This document shows, piece by piece, positions 51,227-64,000 of a DNA stretch of 64,000 nucleotides. The stretch is from Octopus sinensis. Lineage: Eukaryota. The stretch is taken from contig NC_043002.1 in assembly GCF_006345805.1 (NCBI RefSeq), positions 10,540,001 to 10,604,000 on the forward strand, in the 5' to 3' direction. The first letter of the stretch is position 1. Every line of letters starts with the position of its first letter. A model generated the notes under the pieces. It did no database searches, was not told the DNA's origin, and worked only from the letters and a program-made list of their open reading frames with translations. Both the position numbers and the translations under genes were made by a program.

Positions 51227-52284
51227 CAAAGACATAGAATTTAATTAAGTTAGAACAGATGGACACATTAGTATAATTATACCTAAAATCTCCAAGAAGT
51301 TAAGGAGATAGACAAAGAACATGCTGTTCTTACTCTAACATAGAAGTTACTAAGCTTTTCAAGAAGATATACATTGTTACAGACTCTGCCTGTCACTGAT
51401 TTTTTTTTGTTTATATGAGGTCAATTTTTAATTTATAAACTAGTTTCTCAAAACCCTTGTATATCTAAGGCTGAGAGAACAGAGGGCAGTATATGTTAGG
51501 GTAGGGCGATGGGAGCAGACATACATCATAGTTGGTATAGTCATAAAAATCACGATTATTAGAAGCAATATCATGAGGTTTGGTAAAGGAAAGATTAAAA
51601 CAAGATGTTAGCTGACTATTAAGGGGGTGGCCCACTAGCAGACCATTGATAATGAAACAGGGAAGTCTTATCATGTAGAACTATAGTTAAATATTTTAAA
51701 CAATGTTGCTATATTGTATACAGTTAAAGTTTAGGGTTATTCAGAGGATTTATTAAGAAGAAAATTATAGCAAAAGGATAGATATTTATGAATACTTTTG
51801 AGTATATACCAAACTTTTACCATAATAGAGGGAGGGAAAGAAATTATATAGAAATAGTTTTATATTTATACAGTTTGTACACTTAAATACTAACTCATTA
51901 GATGGTTTCTGTGAATATTGATTAATTGGTATATACTGGTATTAACAAAGGAGTATTGAGGTAAAAGAACATGCTAATTATATAATAATAAAAATAAAAT
52001 TATAATCTAAGCAGATTTTTTTTATAAGTAGTGAATATACCAGTATAGTTTTATATATGCTAAGTACAAAAATTAGATTAATTTTATAAATAAATAAAGG
52101 CTGATTATAAAATAATAAAGAAATATAATAAAATAATCAAGTAAGGCAGAACACCATAGAAAAGGAAATAAAATAGCTTAATTACTAATACTATGGCAAT
52201 GTATATGTAGCTTATTAGCACCAATAGAGAAGAATTTTAGAAAAAGTATAATAATTTAATATAGGTTTAAGAAGTTATTATTAT

Positions 52285-52490
52285 AAGGTGGTAAGCTGTC
52301 AGAATTTATTCACACGCCGGACAAAGTGCTTAGCGGTATTTCGTTCGTCCTAACGTTCTGAGTTAAAATTCCGCCACAGTCGCTTTTAACTTTCATCCTT
52401 CCGAGGTCGATACCTGGAGTCGATATAATCCACTTAGCATCCCCAGCCCTCACGAAACTGCTGGCCTTGTGCCAAAATTTGAAATCATTT
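52285..52490 (+). mobile_element. Decayed SINE-A (tail1)
   Basis: GCTTAGCGGTATTTCG..TTTCATCCTTCCGAGGTCGATA. Confidence 0.75.
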
Positions 52491-53849
52491 TTATAAAACT
52501 TTTTGACCATCCAACACACTGGCATTTACATTACACATACAACACTCAGTGAAATTGTCCTCGTTCGGTCGCTTATGACATTGTTAGTTTTTCTTTTACT
52601 TAAGATGTTGTCAAAACCAGATCCATAACTTTAGCTCTGAGAATAAATGTCAGTCCCACATTCACGAATGCTTATATTCACTCTTCCGTTATCGAGTACG
52701 ACAATTAACTAACAAGAAATAGGCACTTAATATTTTCTGGTCGTAGTTTGATATTCATTTTCGTTACACGTCCTGATATATGTTTAATCTCTTTGCTAGG
52801 TTGACTAACAAAGTATGGAAATAAACACATGCTCTGATGATTTAGTTGACAAATCTTAGTGTTCTTCCTTATTTATTATCTCGGTTTTGTTCCACAATAC
52901 TTGGAAGTTAGCCATTTTCCTTGCACAAATTATCAACTATGCTCCTATTCTGCTTTTCATTACTACATTTTTCTATAGGTCAATGGGGTAATGGTTATAA
53001 ACGTTAATTCTCTTTTAAATGTTTTAAATGCTGGTGAGCGTGAATTTAACCTCTGAGTCAGTCAAACATTGTATTTCCTGATTCGAGCTAAACGAACCGG
53101 CGACTTCAGGAGTAGAAGAATAACTAAAATGCGAATATCATTGATATGGACAAACGAAGAACTAGAGTCATCTTCTTTGGATTTTATGTAGGGTTGGATT
53201 CGGAATTCCGAGAAATTTCAGAAAGCCGGAAGTTAGCACGGCCGAACCCTAGCAGTGTGACTAAAACAACCGAAATAAGGTAATTTGATGGAATTAGATT
53301 ATGTGCGACCACACGATTTCGGGTTAATTTTCTCTGCAAGGGCCATTACGTAAGTTTTTTTGCTACAATCCCGGGCCGGACAATGCCTTGTGAGTGAATG
53401 AGGTGGACGAAAACCGTGTCGAAGTACGTCCTACATTACATATAGCAACCGGTGTTGGTTTGTTTATGTCACCATAACCTGCAGCAACTCTTCTGGACAG
53501 TCTCCTTGTTTAAGTTGATGAATGCTGCCATAATCATCGCCTTCAAGGGGTTTTGTTGGTCTTCTATTTTGAACTATGACTATGCTGGGGAAACTCCTTT
53601 AAGACCTTATTCAATCATATAGACACAAGTCCTCTTTTCAAATGTGTCACTTATTATATTCTTTGGACACAAACAAATATAAACAAGGCTACAGGCACAA
53701 AACCACTCGCAATACAGCAGAATCCTCACCATCATGAACGCGCTGGGTATTGGGACTTTTTCAAACGAAATTTATTCTGTAGTATCTCAAGATATATATG
53801 TAATTTTGGTAAATATATCATCAGTTGAAATGAGATATCATTTACGAAA

Positions 53850-55990
<2,141 letters not shown>

Positions 55991-56781
55991 TAAGACAAAA
56001 AGTAAATAGCAACACGACTTCTGTACACAACTACCATATTTATTATGAAATCAGTGGCGAAGAAACTTTGCGAAAAATTAATCAATATATATATTTTGAA
56101 AGATTTCATTGAAAATGGCAGCTAGTTTAATTTTCGATTGAATGCTTACATACATAAGTGGAAAAGAGAAAATATAAATAAAAACCAAGGCAAAAATTGA
56201 TTAAGTGACTAAATTAGGGTTTAATTTTCAACTATTTTTCTTTTATTTTTAATGTATTTATAGCAAATTCGAGTCAGTCTCAAGTAAATCTATTTATAGA
56301 TTTTGAACGGGTTGCGTAAATTTACTTCGTTTTATTAATTTTGTTTTGTTTGTTTACTGTTTGGTTTTTCGATTTTATCTTAATTTGATCTGTAAAGCAT
56401 ATTTTTTTTATCTTTATCTTTTTTTTAAACAAATATTTATGCTTCTTTATTTTTGCCGTTATTTTCAACACGGTGGAAGTTTTTCTTCCAAATTTTCAAA
56501 CCCGTAGCAGATGCTCACCTTGAGTTAAATTTTCTCATGTATGGATAGAATTCAGGCGATTAACACTCTTGCTTATTTAACCCCATAACAACGCTGATTA
56601 AGCAGACCTATGACTAAAGGTATTTCATCTGTTACTGTACCTTCGATTCTTGTAAGAATTTGGTTCCTATTTTCAGACAGGGTGATGCGTCCTGTCCTCC
56701 ATTTAAACGCTTCATTTTCACATTGCTCCAGTTTACTTACGTGGGAGTACTAATAATTTCCTCGACATGAGTAAAAGAATA

Positions 56782-56919
56782 TACGGGAGAACAAATCAAT
56801 TATTATTTTAATCAACATATTTCCCTCTCAAATTCATACACTTATTGCAGCGGTCCTTCAGAACTCCCTGTAAAAGAACTCGGAAGATTGAGCCTCCAAT
56901 CAGGCCTTTTGAGATACCA
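56782..56919 (-). mobile_element. Mariner transposase C-terminal remnant
   Basis: Reverse complement reads *LEAQSSEFFY, then after a frameshift KDRCNKCMNLRGKYVD*, typical of a mariner C-terminus. Confidence 0.6.
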
Positions 56920-56923
56920 TTAA

Positions 56924-57059
56924 CTCTTTGAGCCCGTAACACCGGTTTACCGGTGGATGGCTTAATTTTCTCTATACCGTAGCACCGCTCTACAGGTGGA
57001 GTGCATCAAGAAGCCAGTTATATGGTCAAATGAGGTTCAGGAGATCAAGGCTGAAAGGG
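56924..57059. mobile_element. piggyBac-like MITE
   Basis: TTAA|CTCTTTGAGCC ... GGCTGAAAGGG|TTAA. Confidence 0.65.
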
Positions 57060-58106
57060 TTAAAGCCAAGAGTTTTTCAGCTCCTTCTTGTAGCTATAAA
57101 GGAGTTCCCGCAAGAGCTGGATGGTTAACCCTACCACAGGCCGCAGTCCTGCTCAAAGTGGCCTCATCAGACCAAACTCCTAAGTACATTATATAATGTA
57201 TCATTTGTTTATTTCAGCCCCCTGAGCGTAATTTCAGAAAAATTTATCAACGTTTCAAGAGTTGCTCGTTCAGATTATGACATTTATGATCCAAGAGTTG
57301 TTGTTGCGTGGACGTTGTTGTATCTGCAAGTTAGTAATGACACTTTGTTTAATACTTTTTCTTCTTTAGATTGTTATCATTCAATTGTGATATCTTGGCG
57401 ATATTGTAGTGAAACGAATGGGCTTCCATTATTGTCCGTTATATGGCCTAAATACAATATCGCTAGAAACAATTGTGGATTCTGTTGTTGCTTTGTCTCA
57501 GGCCATCTCAGATGCAGCAGGCCTATGATAAAGAAGTGTTAAAGATAAAGAAGATGATAAAGAAGATGCAGAAGGCTTATGATAATTTGATCTGTGTAGC
57601 ATATTTTTTTATCTTTATCTTTTCTTTTTAAACAAATATTTATGTTTCTTTATTTTTGCCGTTATTTTCAACACGGTGGAAGTTTTTCTTGTCAATTTTC
57701 AACCAGTAGCAGATGCTCACCTTGAGTTAAAATTTCTTATGTATGTATAAAGTTGTTGCTGTGTGGACGTTGTTGTGTTTGGTAATTAGTTGTTGTATCT
57801 GCAAGTTAGTAATGGCACTTTGTTTAATAGTTGTTCTTCTTTAGATTGTTATCATTTAATTGTGATATCTTGGCGATATTGTATTGAAACGAAAATGTTT
57901 GCATTATTGTCCGTTATATGGCCGAAATACAATATCGCTAGAAAGGCCTATGATAAAGAAGTGTTCCAGGACCATGCATCCTGTAATTTTTATGGGTAGT
58001 GCATATTTCAGACTAAAATAATCGAACTTGTTCCTCTCTTTGAATACCAGAAATCATTAACTTTGAAAGATTTGGTTTTTCTTTCCAGCAGGCTAAGTGA
58101 CCAGTT

Positions 58107-58380
58107 TGTGGAGGCGCGTGGATTAATGTTTAGCGTGTCAGCATCATGATCGTAAGATTGTGGTTTCGATTCCTGGACTGGGCGACGCGTTGTGTTCTTG
58201 AGCAAAACACTTCATTTCACGTTGCTGCAGTTCACTCAGCTGGCAAAAATGAGTAACGCTGCGATGGACTGGAGTCCCGTCCAGCTGGCGAATACGTACA
58301 CCATAGAAAGCGGGAAACCGGGAAACCGGGCCCTAGATCCTAGCTAGGCTTTAAAAGTGTGCGTTTATTTATTATTTTTT
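58107..58380 (+). mobile_element. SINE head D + tail Z
   Basis: 13-bp TSD TAAGTGACCAGTT; tail CTGCGATGGACTGGAGTCCCGTCCAG..GGAAACCGGG. Confidence 0.88.
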
Positions 58381-59249
58381 TAAGTGACCAGTTAGCAGGT
58401 TTTATATTAGCTTGTTTATCGTGATGCTGCTGGTGGTTTTGTGATGTTCACCATAGCGATGATTGTAGTTCCTTGTGTATTGATCAGCATACTTACATAG
58501 TATCATCCACTTCAATACATGCGTCTTATTATCCTCATACAGTGCAAGTTTATGCTCTCATGCTTTTGTGACATTGTCACATGAAATACAATGCAGCATT
58601 CTGATAATGTGGTACACTGAAACGTTTTAGAATGTAATGTGTTTTGACTAGACTTAATATATTATTTATTTTATATTTTGTATAGACACCACCAACGTTT
58701 ATGTCACATATCATTATTTCATTTTCAGTATTGAGTTTTCTGAAATAAGTTACTTACCTAATATTTTCTTTGACAATATCAATTTATTTTGAGAAGATAC
58801 CGGGTCACTTGTCGCTGAAGAACGTGCAACCAATTGAAATGACTCCTTGGTTTACAGTCGTTTATTTTATCAATTCAAGCGAGACAAAAAGCAAAATTTC
58901 ACCACAGTAATATTTCAGTGATGAACGTAGACGGTAGAATATTAATATTACCCAAATGTCCATACTTCAAAATATGACCCAGACTTTCACAATGACAGTG
59001 AGGATGGTTCATACCCCAGCTCCTGTGGATCTTTGAACGTGTACTTGAGCAAAATATTTAATTCTCCCGTGTGAGATATTCAAGATTCATGTTTCATCTT
59101 ATATCTATTACACGCAATAACAGTAACAAATGTAACTATAGTAGTTCTTAGGGTTAGGGTTAGTGAGGATTAAGTTATTTAAAATGGTTGATTATTAGCA
59201 ACACTGTCCAGTTGCCGAAGGTTTGTCTTTGGATATGTAAGTCTCACAT

Positions 59250-59908
59250 ATTCTTTTCTACTCAAGGCACAAGGCCCGAAATTTGGTGGGAGGGTGCCAG
59301 TCGATTAGAGTGACCCCAGTATGCAACTATTTCTTAATTTATTGACCCCGAAAGGATGAAAGGAGAAAAGTCGACCTCGGTAGAATTTGAACTTAAAAAG
59401 TAAAAACATGAAATACCGCTAAGCATTTCGCCCGGTGTACTAACGTTTCTTATTTATTTACTGCCCACAAGGGGTTACACACAGAGGGGACAAATAAGGA
59501 CAGACAAACGGATTAAGTCGCTTATATCGACCTCAGTGCGTAACTGGTACTTAATTTATCGACTCCGAAAGGATGAAAGGCAAAGTCGACCTCGGCGGAA
59601 TTTGAACTCAGAACGTAATGGCAGACGAAACACCGCTAAGCTTTTCGCCCGGCGTGCTAACATTTCTGCCAGATCGCCGCATTTTAAATAATCCTTTCTA
59701 CTCTAGGTACAAGGCCCAAAATTTTACGGGAAGGGGGCCAGTCGATTAGATCGAATCCAGTCCGAAACTGATACTTAATTTATCAATCCCGAAGGGTTGA
59801 AAGGCAATGTCGACCTCGACAGAATTTGAACTCAGAACGTAAAGACAGACGAAATACCGCTAAGCATTTCGCCCGGCGTGCTAACGTTTCTGCCAGCTCG
59901 CCGCCTTA
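59250..59908 (-). mobile_element. SINE-A trimer (tail1/tail2/tail1)
   Basis: Same order of modules as 14530-15146. Confidence 0.9.
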
Positions 59909-60239
59909 TAAGTGTCACATATCGTGTTAATTTCCTCTAAATAATTCTTCAACCGGATGTCGGCCTCGAAGAGTGAAAACACAGGTTTTCTTCTGGAATA
60001 TAAATTTGACACTCCAAGTTTGAAGCGTAATAAATATTAACCAACTTTACACGCAAAGACCACCTAAGTAGTCACTTCAGTCGTATCAAAATAGCAACCG
60101 ATCTTCCTCAGATCATATTGCACTGTCTTAAAAGCACAGAGATCAGACAGTATAGATCAGGGTTGAAAATGTTAGGTTTTATTCAGGGTGTGCATAATTG
60201 TAAAACTTATAATCCCAGAACTACTTGATGTGGGCTTTT

Positions 60240-60548
60240 TGTTTGTTTGTTCCTTCTCCAGCCATGCCTGGCTCATAAGGGCCGGTTTCACGGTTTCTTG
60301 GCGTATAGGTTCCCCACCTGGACGGGACGCCGGTCCGTCGCAAGTGAGCTACAAGATACAGGAGGAAAGAGTGAGAGAAAGTTGTGGCGAAAGAGTCAGC
60401 AGAAGTTCGCCATTACCTTCTGCCGGAGTAGGCGTGGAACTTTAGGTGTTTTCGCTCATAAACACACACATCGCCCGGTCTGAGATACGAACCCGCGTTC
60501 CCTCGGCCGCGAGTCCGCTGCTCTAACCACTAGGCCATGTGCTTCCAC
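60240..60548 (-). mobile_element. SINE head C + tail Z
   Basis: Matches 17633-17934. Confidence 0.9.
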
Positions 60549-60609
60549 ACTTGATCTGCGCTTGCATGAGACTAACCAGCATTAACAACAAATTCAGTTT
60601 AATTTATCG

Positions 60610-60948
60610 CTTATCTTTTCCTTGTTTCTGTTATTGGACTAAGGTCATGCTGGGGCACCCCGTTAAAGACTTTTTAGTCGAATCAGTCGACCCTGGTTCT
60701 TTTTGGGTTTTTTTTAAAGCCTGTAACTTATTCTCGCGGGTCTTTTTGCTGAATCGCTAGGTTACGGGTACGTTAACAAAGACTATTAACGGTTGTCAAG
60801 AGGTGGTGAAACACGCATACACACGCGCACACACACATGCACACGCACACGTACACACACGCATATATACACACGCACACTCACAAACACAAGCATACAC
60901 ATACATACTCACACACACACGCAAACACATACACACACGCACATACAC

Positions 60949-60979
<31 letters not shown>

Positions 60980-61160
60980 TGCATGTATGTATGTATGTAT
61001 GTATAAATGATGGGCTTCTTTCAGTTACCGTCAACCAAATCCACTCAGACAGCTTTGGTCGGCCCGAAGCTATAGGAGAAGACACTCGCCCAAGGTGCGA
61101 CGCCCTGAGATTGAAACTGCAAACATGTTATTGCGAAGAAGACTTAGCAGACAGCCACGT
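60610..61160 (-). mobile_element. Older SINE-B with expanded internal microsatellite
   Basis: GGGCTTCTTTCAGTTACCGTCAACCAAATCCACTCA..; tail CATGCTGGGGCACC. Confidence 0.8.
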
Positions 61161-61585
61161 TACGTGTTCAAACGTGAATATTTAAATACGACATGCCTTC
61201 CGAAAAATAACCAAACCGAACTTGTGATTTTCCAGCTCGAATCATGACGTTCAAATTTCGGTGAAGTCGAACGTTCGAATACTCATATCAGAGATCAATA
61301 AAACCGTGTATCTGTTCAAAGATCAATAATATTGATTTAATTGTCAGTGACATAGCCTACCAGTTCAAAGATCAGTAAAATCGGTCAAAGCGAGATCCTA
61401 AGAAGTCTGCATAGAAAAATATTCAATATTTCGCTGAATAAATTTGACAATCAATTATCGTTTCAGTTTTCGGTATTGGATATATTGAGACGTTTCTGAA
61501 CGTTTCTTCGCGTTTTAAATATTTATAAATGTTTTATTTGCTGTATACAAGAAAAAGTGTTAAAATTTAATCTGCTAATATTAAT

Positions 61586-62033
61586 AGGCGCAGGAGTAGC
61601 TGTGTGGTAAGTAGCTTGCTAACCAACCACATAGTTCCGGGTTCAGTCCCACTGCGTGGCATCTTGGGCAAGTGTTTTCTGCTATAGCCCCGGGCCGACC
61701 AATGCCTTCTGAGTGGATTTGGTATACGGAAACTGAAAGAAGCCTGTCGTATATATGTATATATATAAGTGTGTGTGTATATGCTTGTGTGTCTGTGTTT
61801 GTGTGTGTGTGTGTGTTTGTCCCCCTAGCATTGCTTGACAACCGATGCTGGTGTGTTTACGTCCCCGTAAATTAGCGGTTCGGCAAAAGAGACCGATAGA
61901 ATAAGTACTGGGCTTACAAAGAATAAGTCCCGGGGTCGATTTGCTCGACTAAAGGCGGTGCTCCAGCATGGCCGCAGTCAAATGACTGAAACAAATAAAA
62001 GAGTAAGGAGTAAAAGAGTAAAAGAGAGTAAAG
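61586..62033 (+). mobile_element. SINE-B, full length
   Basis: GGCGCAGGAGTAGCTGTGTGG head, GGTTCAGTCCC B-box-like motif, LINE-derived tail and GTAAAAGA repeats. Confidence 0.93.
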
Positions 62034-62237
62034 TCAGTTCTTGAAATACTACTCTTTATCTTAATGGCATTCGTTGGTAAACGATTCCAATTGAAGAACA
62101 TTGGATACCATTCGATATGCTATATTGCGTTTTGAATAATTTATGCAACCGGTTCCCTGGTGGCAGATGGATTCCAAAACATAGGCAGATTGTAATTACG
62201 TTACAGATGGCTACATATATACTATTTCGTTGAATAA

Positions 62238-62755
62238 AGGCGGCGAGCTGGCAGAAACGTTAGCACGCCGGGCGAAATGCGTAGCCGTATTTCGTCTGCC
62301 GATACGTTCTGGGTTCAAATTCCGCCGAGGTCGACTTTGCCTTTCATCCTTCTGGGGTCGATAAAATAAGTACCAGTTACGCACTGGGGTCGATATAATC
62401 GACTTAGCCGTTTGTCTGTCCTTGATTGTCCTCTCTATGTTTAGCCCCTTGTGGGTAATAAAGAAACATATATTATTTCGTTGAAAAAAGCAAAGATTTG
62501 GACCAGAGTAATAAATTCCATTTTCTAAAGGAATTCAATATTTTTCACTGTCTCTTAGTCGATAATCTGGCAGAATCGTTAGCGTGACGGGTAAAACGCT
62601 TATCGGTATTTCGTCAGGCTTTAGGTTCTGCGTTCAAATTTCGCCTTTTGCTTTTCATCATTTTGGGGTCAACAAAATAAATACAAGCTGAGTACCGGTA
62701 TCAATATAACCCGCTTTCCCCCAAATTACAGAACTTGTGCTATAATTTGAATCCA
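62238..62755 (+). mobile_element. SINE-A full length (62238-62467, with TSD) plus a decayed copy (62565-62755)
   Basis: Full consensus; TSD ATATA(C/T)TATTTCGTTGAA. Confidence 0.9.
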
Positions 62756-62999
62756 GTATTTGTCAATATCTTAATATGATTACTTGGCTGCTTTTTTTAC
62801 TCGAGAATGTAAAATAATAATTCTTCCCATTCTTGAGATTTATACTATACAAAATTTCTACAATATTTCGTTTTTGAATTTGATTTAGAAGATTCTTGAT
62901 ATAATGACATATGCTGAAACATGCTGTGTTGTATATCGGGAGGGTCATTATGTGAACTGTAAATACACGCACTGTTTCTATTTTACTTCTTTATTATTC

Positions 63000-63262
63000 A
63001 TTTGCCAATCGGTTATCTATTTAACCCACTAAGTAATCGATTGCTTGGTTTGGTTAATCGTTCAGTTAATCTGTCAATTAATCAGCTATCTTTCTCAAAG
63101 TCCCTTCGTCACCATTCGCAATTCTATCAATGGCATGCCTTCTCTACTCCCTGTCTGCCCCGACGACGGTAGAACTTCGACAAATATAAACGATCGATTA
63201 ACCGGACGATTAATCAAACGATTGACTAGTTGACTAGCTGAATAGTTAATCAATTGACAAAT
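63000..63262. mobile_element. Decayed MITE with GATTAATC-type subterminal repeats
   Basis: TTTGGTTAATCGTTCAGTTAATC pairs with GATTAACCGGACGATTAATCAAA; outer TTTGCCAAT / ATTGACAAA. Confidence 0.55.
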
Positions 63263-63932
63263 AACTCATAAAGAAGTGACAAAGAACCAGAGCTTGTATT
63301 CAATAATGGTACAATGACCCTCCCGAGATAAAACCGGAATTTCTGCAAGAAAAGAGGAGTTAAGCTGTAAATGTATATCAGTTAATTCTAGGAATTATAA
63401 TTGAAATAAATAACGATATTTTAACGAACCAAAGAAGTCACCTTCGAATCCTACTATCCACTTGCCTGCACCAGCTGAGTAATCCTACTCAAATCTTACT
63501 TTATTTTGTTTGCAAAAAACACGGGATAATATGATTTTGGTTGCAGTGTGTCAAGGAGATAGATAAGAAAATTAACGCCAGGAAAATCGCTATTTATAGG
63601 TTTCTTTGAGTGGACTGATTTAAAATTAGACAAGAACAACATTTCTAATTGACAAAGCTTCGAAAAAAAAAAAAAAACAGCAATTGCCCTAAGGTCTCAG
63701 CTGGTTCTCTTTCCTTTATACATTTATACATTATTATAGTATACAGAGAAAGAGTACCAGAGACATACACAAACACATACGGACACATATATTACGCACA
63801 CACATATTTTCTATATTCTATAAATTGTCCTACTTTTTATATTTTTCATTAAAATACACACACGCATATGTGTGTAAATACATATGTATGTATGTATGTA
63901 TGTAGTATGTATGTAGTATGTATGTATGTATG

Positions 63933-63998
<66 letters not shown>

Positions 63999-64000
63999 TA

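Larger units (their letters stand above)
56381..57960 (+). repeat. Local tandem duplication; first copy carries a ~750-bp insert
   Basis: 56381-56543 resembles 57583-57745, and 57296-57468 resembles 57751-57943. Confidence 0.88.

Noticed and set aside
59148-59164. Telomeric TTAGGG repeats (also 5205-5217)
   Set aside because: Only two to three units, compatible with chance.

Overview
AT-rich eukaryotic non-coding DNA made almost entirely of repeats. The density of tRNA-headed SINEs, Penelope relics and (TA)n/(TG)n/(TATC)n/(TATG)n/(TTA)n microsatellites suggests a coleoid cephalopod, probably Octopus; this is inference. I found no intact host gene, and most listed ORFs are translated microsatellites. 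Supported content: two long decayed Penelope-like elements (PLEs) with RT and GIY-YIG motifs plus a third fragment; CR1/L2-group LINE 3' fragments; a decayed RLE-type LINE; two non-autonomous Helitrons; mariner- and piggyBac-type MITEs; a 1.8-kb foldback element; about 40 SINE copies; an 86-bp minisatellite; and local duplications. Three signals stand out. (1) A set of PLE-associated hammerhead ribozymes (HHRs), many beside (TA)n tracts, showing covarying stems, a U3-A8 core variant and long stem-II forms. (2) Near-perfect palindromes that look like HHR-bearing PLE 3' ends folded back at ribozyme stem II. (3) A combinatorial head-and-tail SINE system in which chimeras carry their own target-site duplications (TSDs), plus a SINE/LINE 3' stem-loop with compensatory changes. 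All alignments and folds were done by eye, so boundaries of decayed elements are approximate.
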